Shown here piece by piece: positions 1 to 13,399 of a stretch of DNA of 64,000 nucleotides. This DNA comes from Camelus dromedarius. Its lineage: Eukaryota. The number at the start of each line of letters is the position of its first letter. Positions within the stretch are counted from its first letter, which is position 1. A program made the translations under genes and the position numbers. The DNA is taken from NCBI RefSeq assembly GCF_036321535.1, contig NC_087436.1, positions 13,454,001 to 13,518,000 of the forward strand, in the 5' to 3' direction. The notes beneath the pieces were generated by a model. It made no database searches. It was not told the DNA's origin and worked only from the letters and a program-made list of their open reading frames with translations.

Positions 1-1420
1 TTGACTCTTGAGACTTCAGAAGTCAAACATGCTAAAGGTTTATTTTTCCCTCCTGTCTGCAGGTGGGAAGGGGCTTGTGGCGGGGCGGAAGGACCCAGGG
101 ACCTAGACTGATAGATGCCCAACTCACAACCCTCGGCTAAGTTAACCTTATCTTTTTTTCCAATTCTCATCTGATAGAAAAGCGTCTTTGGTAACTGCTA
201 AAACTTAGGAAATTGTTTTTTGTGAATGATGGAAATCTCTGAGATGCTAACTGATGCAGCACGCAACCATCATGAGCATTTCTAGGTCAAGTCACCGGGA
301 CAGGGACACTCATTTCTCCCTTCTGGTAGGTTTTAGCTAAAATTCCAGTGATTATTAAGTTGAAAAGGCAGAGCAGTAATGTTTTAAAAATAAAGAAAAT
401 TCAGATCAAAATATGACTTTAATAATCTAGTAATCAAGGCCACGTACTTCTTACCTTCTAAAAAAAATATTGTTACTGTCAACCACAAAGTGACAATACA
501 CAATGCCACAGCATGGCTCTTTGACCTCATGGAATCACCATTAACTTCACACAGAAAGTCCCAAAGAAGAAAGTGAAATCCACTGGGAGATGCGCCCAGC
601 CTTTTCCCTTCCCCAGTACTTCCTGCTCCTGCTGCTTCACCAACCAGCTCCCCACGATACCATCTTCTCATCTCTCCTCCTGGGACCACAAGTGCCCTCC
701 ATCCTCAACCACCTGAGTGGCCCCTCAACCTCCTCATCTTGAGAGAAGCCTGGCTGTCCTTGAGGACATGGCTTCCTCTGCCCCCCTCCCTCTGGTAGAG
801 GCTGACATTCTTCCAGCACCTTTAAGGACAAGGCTGGGAGACAGCATGAGTCTTATTTCTTATTCCCCATTACACCTTCCAGATCATTTCTCCCCCAGTT
901 TTCTGGGAAAACCGCACACTGCTCCAATGTTGCCACCTTTACCTGCCATACTTTCCCAGTCATTCCTCTCATTCATTTAACACTTTCGTACCTGTTCTCT
1001 GCAAAAACTCATAGCCGAGTCTCTCAGTTTCTTGATCTGCCTACTCCTTGGGGTTGAAGAGGTGATGAGAGATTTTACAGATTATCAAATCTTGAGTAGG
1101 CAGACATACTAATGTAGAATAACTATCTTTATTTGTGATCATGCCATTTCTGAAATATTAAACTCTAACTTCTGCCCTAGTTCTCTCGCTGAGTTCTTCC
1201 CCGCACTCCTACCTATCAGCCCCATCTGACTGTCGCTACACACAGCCAGCCTCGATTCTGTCATCTGATCACTCTCTCACCAGTATCATCAACCTATTTG
1301 CCCAACTGGTCTTCCATCACATCTCCCTGGAAAAACCTGGATCTGTGCACATCCAACTTTCCACCTTCTCCATGCCACATCTGTGCTGCTTAGCACTAGC
1401 TAAGGACCCAAATGGTAAAA

Positions 1421-1456
<36 letters not shown>
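1421..1456 (+). repeat. (AAT)12 microsatellite
   Basis: Perfect AAT tandem run read directly from the sequence. Confidence 0.95.
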
Positions 1457-1458
<2 letters not shown>

Positions 1459-1464
1459 CAATAA

Positions 1465-1740
1465 TGGAAAATATTCAACAATATTAATTCTTCCAATACA
1501 AGAACAAATGGTATATCTTTCCATCTGTTTGTGTCATCTTCCGTTCTTTCGTCAATGTCCTATAATTTTCTGAGTACAGGTCTTTGGCCCTTAGGTTTAT
1601 TCCTAGGTATTTTATTCTTGTCAGTGTAATGGTAAATGGGATTGTTTCCTTAATTTCTGCGTCTGATAGTGAATAGAAATGCAACAGATTTCTGCATATT
1701 AATTCTGTATTTTGTGAATCTATTGAATTCATTGGGTTCA
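1465..1740 (-). mobile_element. LINE-1 ORF2 fragment
   Basis: ORF 1484-1741(-) contains EIKETIPFTI..RIKYLGINL..KDLYSENYRTL, a typical L1 ORF2p reverse-transcriptase C-terminal segment. Confidence 0.9.
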
Positions 1741-3513
1741 CCTATTCTGTTCAAAGGCAAGTGAGAGTGTCAAGAACATAGTGGGGGAGTAGAATAGATG
1801 ATCTAATTTTAAAAATACTAAGATAAAAATTCTTTCCTTGGAAGAGAAGTCAAACTAAAAGACATCTCAGATTCATCCTTCTCTGAGAAGTCATGGAAAC
1901 TCCATTTCCTCACTCGTAGAACGTGAAGAGAGGTATTTGACTCAGTACCTCTAAGGTTGCTCCTAATTCCAAAGTGCTGTGACTATGGCACAGAATTCAA
2001 CCACACAATATGTGTAAGAATTGTGGTCAAACCTTTAGGAATTAAGGAGCAAACTTTGAGCTTCCTGGGTACTCAGATAAAAACCACATCTCAGTTACCA
2101 GTTGAAGAATCTGGACTAAAGGCTCATCCTCCACACTGACCATTTTATCTGAAGTAGGTAAGGATGGGGAAATTCAGTTCAGCCCGATTGTTGGCTCTAC
2201 TTTCTGTAATACCAACTGATGATCAGGGTGTGTAGTTAAGCCTGAATTGCTTTAGTCACTGTATGAATGGAAACCATCACAGAACGATTCTTTCTGAAAC
2301 TATCTGGTTCGTTCAGGCCTTTGAATTGGGATTGGCAATTTCTTCCCAATACGATGGTGTTATTTTAATGGAATAGGGACTCAGCAAGAAGTTTTTCAGG
2401 CCAAAATAATGCATTCCTTTTTCCCCTTGATAAATGTAGGCAAGTTGGGGTATTCAAAATAGAAGGACTTTGAAACAAGGAAGGAATGCATATTGGCTCC
2501 TTAGCTTTGGAACTGGGAAGTGAAATTCCAAGGACTCGAAACTCAAAGATGAGGTGGTCTGCTGGGGAAGCATAGCTCTGGAATGGAGGAAGCTAGAAAA
2601 AAAAAAAAATAATAAAAATCTAATGAGTTTTCCAGGAATGGAAAATGCTGAGTAGTGAGTGAAATTCAGAGAATTAAAATTGGGGTGGGTAGAAAATGTA
2701 TTTTACCTCTTTCTTGAAAAAATATTTTTTGAAATACCTAGGCTAACTGGACAAGGTATTGAAAAATGTGGGTACAGTGATGGCCTCGGGTTAGAGGTTC
2801 TTGGGGTCAATCTTAATCCCACGTGAACTGGTCTCTGCCTTCATCCATTAAGTAATGAACTACAATTAGCCTTAAAAAATGAAATGGGTTGGGTCCACTC
2901 AGACTGGCTCAGGCAGTTTCCATCTTCCTAAATTTTAGTTGGCTTTTAGCGGGGAGGCAGAGAAAAAGCAGGCTTCCATCTCCAATCCATAAATTTAATT
3001 TTACTTCCACGTAAGTAGATCTTGACATCAATCTGGCGTGCACTTTGTCTCTATTGCAGCTGGACTTGCAGTGTTTCTGTGTAGGATAGCAAAGTGCCCA
3101 ATTTCATGCCTGAAAAACTAATTTCAGGTTGCATAGACAGTATATAGGTAAGAAAAAAAAAAGAAGACTGGAAAAAGCACTATACAAGTTGCACTGCAGT
3201 GGATAAGGAAAGGAGTGTGGAAAGGAGGCAGGAAAAAATCTATTTGCCAGTTGTTCTAACAGAACGTCAGACTTTTTCCAGATTTCTTTGATAAGATTTG
3301 ACTGGCGTGTAGGACTTGGAAATGAAGTGAGGGTGAACTCTTGTTTGTGATTTATAAGCGACTACTGTGACTAGTTCAAGCCAGGGACGTACAAAGCAAT
3401 AAATTAGATAGAAGCCCACCAAAGGCTTGTTCCTTACAGAAGTATAGAGACACCTCAATCTGAGTTTCCAGAAACTTCTGCAAGTGGGACTCAGTTTCAA
3501 AATTTTTTCAAAA

Positions 3514-3669
3514 GGAAAAAATACGAAAATGAATGTAGGTATGTATATGCAAGACTGGGACATTGTGTTATACACCAGAAATTGACACATTGTAATCGAC
3601 TGCACTTCAATAAAAAATAAAAATTTTAAAAATTAAAAATACTGGACGATTGTTAAAAAAAAAAAAAAG
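3514..3669 (+). mobile_element. 5'-truncated young L1 3' end (camelid/cetartiodactyl type)
   Basis: ...tacaccagaaattgacacattgtaatcgactgcacttcaataaaaa plus A-rich tail; imperfect TSD aattttttcaaa on both sides; the same motif recurs five more times in the window. Confidence 0.85.
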
Positions 3670-4109
3670 AATTTTTTTTCAAAGAGAAATGTAAGTTCCT
3701 TGGAAGTAAAGTTAGTATACTACCGTGAATGCTCCATCTGAGGGTAACGATGTTATACCATTACATCTCTTCTGCTTGACTTAAATTATATGTGGTGAGT
3801 ACAATTTACAGCAAAGACACTGCAAAGGAATTCAAATATTCAACAAATTTACAGAAGAAAAAGAAGGAAATCATTTTAGGTTTCAAAGAATGAAAACCTC
3901 TCAGATCCAAAATGAAACTGTATATTTCTGTCTACAAATTTATCAATAAAATGCACATTACCTGGAAAACCCTATGAAGAAGATCAATGGGGGGAAAAAA
4001 GAAAGAAATCCCTAATGTCCATGGCACTTTAAGGAAACAGGGAACGCTCACGGGGTCCTGTGAAGGGTCAGTCGCCTTACCTACATCGTGTAACAGTCTT
4101 CCCCTACAA

Positions 4110-4260
4110 CGTCGAGATCTAAGTGTTGTCCCTGTTCCACAACTGAGGGCCCCAAAGGTCAGAGTGGCTCAGCACTTTGTCCAAAGTCAGCCCAGCTGGG
4201 AAAGTAAGCCAGAGCTTGAACACAAATCTGTCTGGTTCCAGGATCCAGGCCATTAAATCA
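4110..4260 (-). mobile_element. MIR SINE remnant
   Basis: actgagg...ttgtccaaagtcagcccagctgggaaagtaagccagagcttgaacacaaatctgtctgg resembles the MIR core. Confidence 0.65.
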
Positions 4261-4746
4261 CACTCCATGACACACCGTGTGCTTTTATAAACTAAAGAAA
4301 AGAATTCACTCAGCAGCTTTCCTTCTTTGCTTTCTGTTTTTATCTGTAAGAGACCACCTCACCCTGAGTATAGCAACCATTTAGACACAAATATAGTTAA
4401 TTCCCATCCCCACAGACTAACGTAAGCCCTGCAGCATTCACATGTCATTACTGGAAATACAGGGCGTGGAACTAAGCAGATATGCCCAAGATGGCCCCAG
4501 CTTTCCCTTAGACTTGATTCAGTCTGTGGTGTTCACTAAAGGAAGACTGCATCAAACATGAGTTCTCACTGCCTCAGTTCTTTTCAAAAATGCAGCCTCT
4601 TTAGAAATAATATTTTAACTATGCTTTTTAAAGCGTTTCCCCCTGGAAGCTCTACTCGTTTAATCTTGATCACAATCCACAAGGTAAGACAAGTACTCCT
4701 CTAAGATTTTTGAAGTGTGTATAGTATTTCATTAATTGTTACTATA

Positions 4747-4834
4747 GAGGGAGGGTCTAGCTCAGTGGTAGAACACATACTTAGCACGCATGAGGTACTA
4801 GGTTCAATCCCCAGTACCTCCGTTAAAAAAAAAA
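4747..4834 (+). mobile_element. tRNA-Ala-derived SINE (Vic-1-like), short form
   Basis: Box A (tagctcagtgg), box B (ggttcaatcc), ...ccagtacctcc, then an A tail. Confidence 0.9.
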
Positions 4835-5243
4835 TTTGCTATTATAATATGGGTAAGGTATAACCTCACTAGACAAACAGTAATAAGCACTTAATTGGCA
4901 TATTAGCTGGTTGGATACAAATGGATTTATACAAAATTCTTAAAACAAGCTATTTTACATACAAGAGGCTCAATTCACCAATTCCTGTGTGGGAGAGCCA
5001 CTGAACCGATTTGCATTCCTCCCTAAAAAATGACTCTTTGTATTTGTTTTCCCTTTTTAAATTCATTCAAAACGTTTTCTTTCTCTGGAGGACCCCTGAG
5101 GGTAAGAAGCAGTGCTAGACATCACGGAGGCTACAAAAACAAAGAACCCCTCAAGGACCAATAGTTTCACCAAAAAAAAGAAAAAAAAAATGCAGTGCCA
5201 CTAAAATCATCTACAGAGGAGGTCACATTATTAGCAGACACAA

Positions 5244-5408
5244 ATTCTCGGCTGCATATAGGAATCACTTGGTGAGCTTTAAAAAAAATTCTAATGATGG
5301 GTCATAGCCACAGAGATTTTGATTTAATTGGTCTGGGTTGCAGCCTGGCCACAGGGGCTTTTAGAGGCTCCCGGGCGATTCTGTGTGCAGCCAAGGCTGA
5401 GAAGCACG
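5244..5408. mobile_element. MER5A-like hAT-Charlie DNA transposon fossil
   Basis: gaatcacttggtgagctttaaaaaa...cagagattttgatttaattggtctggg...gattctgtgtgcagccaaggctgagaagcac follows the MER5A layout. Confidence 0.8.
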
Positions 5409-5657
5409 CAGGACCACAGTGAAGGGAGCCCAGAGGAGCCTGAATGTCGAGTGTGTCAGTTCAATAGCTGCGGCACATTGTAGGGACCCCTTCCTTCCTT
5501 CCTTCCTGTATTGACCCCTTGAAGTAGAGGGGCCATACCCTGGGCCATGAAGAATGAGGAGTTTTGAAGCACTGGAGATGGAAGCCAGAGAAAGGGTGCC
5601 AGAGGAGGTGGAAAGGCTATAAACCAAGGCAAGGATGCAAAAAGGAACAAGGTGCAC

Positions 5658-5835
5658 GGTGGGGGATATAGCTCAGTGGTAGAGTGCGTGCTTAGCATGC
5701 ACGAGGTCCTGGGTTCAATCCCTAGTACCTCATTGTAAATAAGTAAATAAACAAACCAACAAACCTAATTACTTCCCCCTCAAAAAAATAAATAAAGATT
5801 AAAAATAAATTTAAAAAATAAATTTTAAAAAAACA
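5658..5835 (+). mobile_element. tRNA-Ala-derived SINE (Vic-1-like)
   Basis: tRNA-Ala-like head, AT-rich linker, aacctaattacttccccc body and A-rich tail. Confidence 0.92.
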
Positions 5836-5869
5836 AATAGGAACATTTCAGGGATTTTAAATTTGAATG

Positions 5870-7620
5870 GGGCAGAGTCTTGTGGGAAATTAGAGGGGAC
5901 AGTAGATTAGACACGTGAGCCAGGGCCCTGAAGCAGAGGGACCCAGGGCAGTTAAGTTTGGAACGGACTTCAGAAGCAATAAGAAACTGTTGTGGGGGAA
6001 TAGGGAAAGAATTCAAGAGCAAGGCATGGTAAAGTGAAAGCAAGTTTATTTAAAGATACACACTCCACAGAGTGCGAGCCGTCTCACTCAGAAGGGAGAG
6101 CGGCTTAGGAGATACACACTCCATAGGCAGAATGTGGCCATCTCAGAAAGGCGAGAGGGAGAGAGAGACCGCGAGGCATAAGGGTATTTAGTTTAAAGTA
6201 AAAGCAGATACACACTCCATAGACAGAGTGCGGGCCATCTCAGAAGGCAAGAGGGAGAGCGACCAGGAGGTGCAGAGTTGTTAGGTTTTATGGGCTCGGT
6301 AATTTCATATGCTAATGGGCAGAGGATTATTCCAACTACTTTGGGGAAAGGGTAAGGACTTCCAGGAAACACCCCCCACCCACTTTTTGACTTTTTATGG
6401 TCAGCCTAGGAACTGTGATGGCCCCTCTGGATGTGCCATGAGGCTCAAGGTCTACTGGAAATCAAATCTTCTGCCTTCTTGGTTCTAAGCAGCTTGTCCT
6501 GTCCTCAGCTGCTTTGTCATTCTTTCAGTGATTGTTCTCTGCCCCCTTTCCTTCCACTTCAAAACCACTGATCATTTTTGAGCCAAGAAGTGATGTGACC
6601 CAATAACTATAACTCTGCAACTGGAAATTCAGGGACATTCATCTCGAGGAAGTGCCACATCATCTGCAGGGGAGAGCCTGGAGGGAGAGGGAGGCCAGCG
6701 AGGCCAGTTAGGAGGTGATGGTGATGAGGGAGCCCAAGGTCAGAGGCACAGAACAAGGGCCATGGCAGTGGGAGGGCAAAGGATGGAGTCCAGGCACGCA
6801 GTGATGGAGGAAGTGACTGAACTTAACTGGATGGTAAGAGACAAGGAGAGAAAGGGAGCGAGATGGCTGGAAGAGTTAGTGCTTGCTGACATAATTAACA
6901 GAACCGGGAAGTCGTAGGGGGTTGGTGGGGAGAAGCAGGTTTTTGAACCACAGTTTATGAATTCGATTTTACACACATTTTGCTTTAGCAGTCATCATAC
7001 CATCCATTCGGAAATGTCCAGTGATGAGTTTGAAATTAGGACTAGGAGCACAACAGAGAATTTCAGAGTAGACTTAGAGATTCGGGCAGCCACGTAATCG
7101 TGGGTTATTAGAGAAGACGATACGCGAGTTCTCTGAGGGATGTAAAGAAGATGACAGCAGCTTTGGCTATGCTTGAGGGTGCCTGTCAGGAGACAGGGAA
7201 ACTCCGAAAGGGACAAGGAAAGGCTGTGTCCCAGGACTTAGTGAGAAAAAGAGATTCCAAGAGCATGGGATAATGTATCATGGCATAAGTGGCGGGGAAA
7301 AAAACCGCAAGTTAATCACAGAAAAGTCCCTGGATATAAGCCATCACAGATTATTGGTGACTCAAAAAATACCAGGATGGCTGCAGCGTCTGTCGCAGGT
7401 GGGGTAACAGCAAAGTGGCTGGGAGTTGAAGGCGGGAGGCAGGAAACGTGGACACAAGAAGTAGAGTCCACTGATTCACTGAGTTTGTAGGTGGGGGACA
7501 GAGGGAACTGCTCGGACTGCAGGCAGGGGCACTCAGATCAAGTGAAATGGGTAAAGGAGCTCCGTGAATGTGCACAGGTGTGGGGCCGGTCAACAGGGAG
7601 ACTTAGATGCCAGAGGGAAG
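5870..7620 (-). mobile_element. Degraded L2 LINE, interrupted by an LTR at 5988-6561
   Basis: L2-like text on both sides of the LTR (gcaataagaaac|cactgatcatttttgagccaagaagtgatgtgacc; ggaaatgtccagtgatgagtttgaaattagg...). Boundaries approximate. Confidence 0.65.
5988..6561 (-). mobile_element. ERV1-class solo LTR, 574 bp
   Basis: TG...CA termini, 4-bp TSD aaac (5984-5987 and 6562-6565), minus-strand TATA-like cataaaa near 6290 and AATAAA at 6046-6051. Confidence 0.88.
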
Positions 7621-7859
7621 GGGGCGCTGGGGAGATGAGGGAGGTCGTCCAGAGGGTGGGTCGAAAAGCAGTCAAGGGGAAGGGTGTCCAGATTGCCTGG
7701 GAAGGAAGGCTAGTACATCTTTTTCTTGGAAACAAAAGGAAAGGAAGAGGGATTCATGGAAGGACTAGCTCTGCAGAAGTAGAAAGGAGAATGAAGGAGC
7801 TTGAAAGCCTACCGATGGGAGATTTCCCAGCGAAGCAGTAGGCAAGGGCCCCTTGGAAA

Positions 7860-8110
7860 GGTGGGAGAGAAGGCGGCCCAGGGGCGGGAGGAAGCGGGTG
7901 CCAGGCGCAGGCCGGGCAGGAGCTCCAGCTGCTCGCACCGCTCCGCAGGACTCCAGCCCGGCTGGTTCTGGGCTAGACACCCGGCCTGAAATAACCGAGG
8001 AACCCAGCCGGTACCAGCCTCAAAGCCGTCGCCCTGTAAGTGCTACCACCCAGAAGACCCCGAATGTGCAGGCTCCACTCGCCGCACGACTCCCACGTGA
8101 GGTCTTAAAC
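7860..8110. promoter_or_regulatory. Small CpG-rich patch (possible orphan CpG island or enhancer)
   Basis: Local GC and CpG enrichment in CpG-poor surroundings, with a GC box ggggcggg at ~7881. Confidence 0.4.
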
Positions 8111-10013
8111 CAGTCAGCCTTTCCCCTCCTTGCACTTGGGGCATCAAGGTGTCTTTAAAAGCCTGCAGGCCTCAGCCTGCCCCAGCGCACCCCGTCTCCC
8201 CAGTTCAGCTCCACTGCTCTTAACTTCACCTGCGAGTCTCCTGTGGCCCAAACGGGCAGGTTCTCCACCCAACCTGCGTTCTTGAACAAGTCCCACATCA
8301 TGTGCCTCCTGGACCGGAAAATGAAGGGCGATGATGATGGGGCTCGGCCTCCAGCACAAAGGGCTTATGAGGATTAACGGACAAAGGGCTGAGCAATTTG
8401 CGGTTGCGAAGCGGTGGAAGAGCTTAGAGATCATCTCTGCCCGGCTGGGCACAGCGCAGTCCAGCAAACACAAAGGCCACATTCAGACCTTGCCAGGTGC
8501 CAGAGACCCGCAGAGAGCTGGCCAAATGAAGCAGAATCAGAAGACAAAAGAAAATCTCTCAACAAAACAAGGCAAGAGGAAAGAGGATACAGAGAGAAAA
8601 GGGATTGGGAGGTTAGAGGGTCACGGAGTTTCTGCCGCTGAAATTCCCCTGGACAAAGAAATCATTTCATGTTTCTGTTTGGGTTATGATAGCTGAGTGC
8701 ATATATCGCAGACTGTGCATTGACCCTGGACCCGGCCAGGAAATCCATCTGATGGAAAGGGAGAGGTCTCGGCTAGGCATGGCGCCACAGCGGTCCAGTA
8801 AAACCGGCTTCTGTGCCATTTCAAGTCTTCTGTGATGCGTTCGTCCTGTGGGGTGCTTTCCTCCTGAGAGCAAGCAACACCTCCAAGTATTTGGGGCAGC
8901 CCTCTTTTCCTTTTCTACTCAACCAGAGACTTGCTCCATGGGGACTTGGCGAATTTTAGAGATTTTTGCCTTAGATAATAGTTGGGGCAAACGTTTTTTA
9001 AAGCCAACTAAACGCCGAAAGTCACCAAATGTGTCCATCCTTATCCATATTGTAAAGTGCTATCGAATGAGCATCCGCGTGGCAGTCTGAAGAAACAAAC
9101 TCCTTGGGAGTGGGTCACACTTGAATTTGTTGTGTAACCCAGGGTTCCGGGGACCGCATCCAGTTGTCAGGCCCTAGAAGAACATGTGAACCCGGTATGT
9201 GTTGGCTCTGTGAGTGCCCCGCCTCCACTAGACAGTGATTCTCCCCAAGCTCCTTGCCCCGAGGTTTCTGAGCGGCCCAGGAAGGGCAGACAGAGCAGTG
9301 AACTTTTGTGTGTTCAGAGCTGAGCCGTTGCCTTTGACAGCCTGGCTCCCGTGCTCCGACTGCTCCTTCCATCACACAGGTCTGGGCTTCCTGGGCTCCG
9401 ATGCCGTCGCTGTCTGACTGCTGACCCACCACCTCCTGTGCTAGCCAGCTCTTGACCACCATGCCCCCGGGGCTTCAGCCCTCTCTGGTCAGCCAGCCTC
9501 CAGCAATCCTAAGCGATGCCACCACTGCCCATCTCCCGCTGATACAGGGAACACCTCTTTTAACATCCTCCTTGTACAGAAAAGTGAAGGACAGTCACAA
9601 CTGTGGGCGCTCTTGTGGCATGATTATGTCACCACTTCCTCACCTGTAGCCCTCTCTCACAGAACACACGGGTGTGGGAGGGAGGGCTACGGTGGCCCTC
9701 CGAGCCCTGTGCCCTCCTGACATCAGGTCTCGTGCTTGGTCTGACCCACCCTTTCAAATTCCTTATTTGCTCCTGGTGATTTTCTTCCAGGGACTCTGCT
9801 TCCAATCTTCGTTGAACCAGGGCTCCCAGGAGTAGGAGTGCGGGGACTGTTACGGGGTAGTCAGTTAGAGAGTATAGTCAGTCATGTCGGGCTAGGTCTG
9901 AACATCAGTTGGGAATGAGGTTTAAACCTTCTTAAGGGGCTTAAGGTTCTCCTTCTTTAAGAGTGTGTTTCTAGAGCAGTTCTCTAGAAGAGCTGCCCAC
10001 CTCCACCCCCGAA

Positions 10014-10015
<2 letters not shown>

Positions 10016-10048
<33 letters not shown>
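10016..10048 (+). repeat. (CA)n microsatellite
   Basis: Seen directly. Confidence 0.95.
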
Positions 10049-10049
<1 letters not shown>

Positions 10050-12129
10050 CCACTCCCTCCTAGGCTGACACCCTTCTTATCTTACTCTTGACAGATGCTC
10101 TTCAATCCACCTTTCAAAGGTCTAACTTCACCCCTGGATAGGCTGAGCCAGGGTGGCCGGATGTCGTGACTCACTCTGCTAGCCTCTTACTCAGGCCAGC
10201 AGGGCTGTCTCTGATCCCCTCTTTGGAAAGTAGGAGATACTTACTACTTTGTTCCCAGCTTGGGCGGTGGGCGGCAGCAGCTGAAATAAGAACAATAGGA
10301 CATCATTTACTTACGTATGTGTTTAGGTTACTGAATACAAATTCTTGATATGGGTAACAGCTGTTGAAAAGCAAAGGTTCCTAACAGTTTTTAATAGAAA
10401 TTAGCCAGTATTAGATCTGCTTCATGATGAGATACTTTCCAAAGTAGACTCACAATTTAGTGAATTAAAACAAAAAATTGTAATGACTGACTGGAGTTCC
10501 CAAAGAATAAGGAAAAATCCAATATGGCAGCATTTAATATTGATTACCGCACTTACTTGAAATCTGTTGACTCACTTTTGTTCACTAAGCCTTTCTGGGC
10601 AGTAGGAGTTCTGACTGCTCTAAGAGGTTTACAAAAATTGGAAATCGGGAAATTAGTTGAAAAAATGACTCTTTGCTCTCACATATTAAAGTAAAAAAAA
10701 AAAAAAAGTTCACCCTGCACAGGGTCTAGTTATTAAATTGAATTATCAACTTGTAATGGAATCTTCAACACCACTCAAGTGAAAAAATCCCAAATAAGTT
10801 AAAATGCTTCCAAACTAAAGATCGCACACTGTTTCGCATCATCCAGAAGTGATCACACGAGATACATCTGGCTTGACATTTAATCCCTGCTGTCATATTT
10901 TTGGCTCTCTCTGTATCCTTGACCAATATATTATATAAACTTCTACTCTGAACCTAGACACAGTAAATCAACTGTATCTTTTGCTTGGGATCTTTTGCCG
11001 GAGTCGGCAAGTTTTGACACATAAAGAATTAGGAGCAGAGGCATCCCTGACAATCCCACTGTTGACACATCCCTGCAGTTTTTGCCCCTAAAATGCAGCA
11101 TATCCACAGATGTTGTTGGGGTACTGTTGGCCGAAGAAGCAACTCCGGCAGCTGGTTCCGGCAGCCAGTTCCACCCGTCCCTGTCTTCATACACACACGG
11201 GCATCCCACCTGCCCCAGAAACCACTGGGTCTCTTGGAGGCTTGGCACGTTCACCAGTACTGCCTCAGGTAACAGGCCTGTCCCTTCCATCCCCCCCTTT
11301 CCTGGTGCCTCCAGTGCATTGCCCTGAGTCATCACCCCCTAACCGAATAGGGAAAATGTGTCTTTGAGACTCCCATCTCCCCCTTTTTCTGCCTTTTTAA
11401 TTCTCAGTGTCATCTCCTGGTCACCAAACCCCAGGGGCTTGAAGTTGGTTCCCTCCTGCCTATCAAAGCGCATTCCTAGGAAAGAATCAGGACAAGTCAT
11501 TAGCTCGTTGAGACTGAAGTGTAAAAGACTAACAAGGTTGCACTTTTCCTTAATGATGTGAACAATCATTAAGTCCCTCATTTGGCTTAAGCTGAAGCTC
11601 TGATTGTGGTAGATCTCTGCCAGCCTCTCTCCGCAATAAACTCTCATTCCGTTCCTTCCTAACCATCTGCCCCATCTCGTGATCTGGCCCAGCTGCCCCT
11701 CAGCCATTTCACTTCTAAACATCTCGCAGGATTCGCCTTTTATTCTCTGCCAGCTACTCTGATTGAGCTCCCCACACACCATGGTCTCTCAGCCCCTAAG
11801 ACTCTGTCTTATCTTCTCCCATTAAACTGTATTCTCCAATCACTCCTCCAGATATAAGCAAAATTGTTAAACAAACTTTCTAAGATATCTCATGTCTGTA
11901 ATCTCCTGAAAGAGAAAATCTTAGTACCTAAAGTGAGTTCATAGCTTCTTCCTCCATTACAGTAAAAAAGCAAAGGAGACAAGATAAAGTGTCCAGCAAG
12001 TCTTGGTTAATTGAAATCAAGTCGGTGTGCTTTTAAACAAGCCTCTAGCCTATGATAAAATTAGTTAGCCAAAAAATCCTAAGTTTGATATAGAGAGAGC
12101 TCATTTTAAAAAAAAAATCAGTGATTTCC

Positions 12130-12720
12130 AATAGGAAAATGAAAACATTACATGAATAAACAGTATAAAAAGAGGAAACGTAAGTGGTTGTAAAAAGAGA
12201 AATCACTTGCTACACAGTTAATGCTTCAATGAAATTAACATTTTTCATGTACAAAATTAGGGGAACAAAACCATAATACTCAATGTTGTAGAGAGTAAAT
12301 TAAGAGCTCCTTTCAGAAAGCAACTTGGTAAAACATATCTAGTTTACATATCTAGCCTTAAAAACTTTCTACTGTTTAATCGGTAACTTCATTTCTACGG
12401 GAAAATTGTAAATGCAGAAAAAGAAATACAATTTTTTAAAGTTTATAGCAGCAATGCTAATCAGAGTGAAATGTCGGAATAATCTGAAGAGATAGTAAAA
12501 AGGGAATGCTTTAGTAAAATATGATATAGACACCGAATAGAACAGTGAGACAGAATGAAAGGTTTATATGTATATATAATGCATAGAAAAGGTGGAAGGA
12601 AATATACTAAAATGTTAGTACTGTTTTCTCCGAAACATGAAACTGATGGTGATTATTTCCTTTTGTTTGACATTCTCCTTGGTGAAAATGTATTACATTT
12701 ATAGTCTTCTTTAAAAGTAT
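12130..12720 (+). mobile_element. Ancient L1 (L1ME-like) 3' remnants
   Basis: ctttcagaaagcaacttggtaaaacatatct...cttcatttctacgggaa...gtttatagcagcaatgctaatc; highly degraded. Confidence 0.55.
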
Positions 12721-12826
12721 ACTTTAAAAGAAATCATTTATAAGCTATATTTATTTTCAGCCTAATCTAGAAATCCAAAAAAAGTCTGGAAAAGTCTGCT
12801 CACCAAGTTCATCCTTGGCTATTCTT

Positions 12827-13247
12827 TTTTTTTTTTCTTTGAATTTTGATAAAGAGTGCATTTTTTTCATTGTTTTTTATTGAAGTATAGTCAATTTACA
12901 ATGTTGTGTCAGTTTCTGGTGCACAGCACCATGTTTCAATCACACATACACATATATATTCGTTTTCATATTCTTTTTCATTATAGGTTACTATAAGATA
13001 TTGAATATCCTATGCTATATAGTAGAACCTTGTTGTTTATCTATTTCATATATTGTAGTATCTGCAAATCTTGAACTCCCAATTTATCCCTTCCCACCCC
13101 TTTTATCCCCTGATAACCGTAAGTTTGTTTTCTATGTCTGTGAGTCGTTTCTGCTTTATAAATGAGTTCATTTGTGTCTTTTTTTTTTTTAAGATTCCAC
13201 ATATAAGCGATATCATATGGTATTTTTGTTTCTCTTTCTGGCTTACT
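12827..13247 (-). mobile_element. 5'-truncated young L1 3' end with TSD
   Basis: ttgaagtatagtcaatttacaatgttgtgtcagtttctggtg... 3' UTR; TSD tccttggcta(c)ttctt at 12812-12826 and 13248-13263; poly(T) next to the left TSD. Confidence 0.9.
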
Positions 13248-13344
13248 TCCTTGGCTACTTCTTGATGATAGCCTTCTGATTCTTGTTGGGGGAAAAGATC
13301 AATTAAAGGGTAAGGAGTAATTCTTGTTCAAGATGATATATTGA

Positions 13345-13348
<4 letters not shown>

Positions 13349-13376
<28 letters not shown>
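13349..13376 (+). repeat. (AC)n microsatellite
   Basis: Seen directly. Confidence 0.95.
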
Positions 13377-13399
13377 GCCTGCCTTCCCTGCAGACAGAA

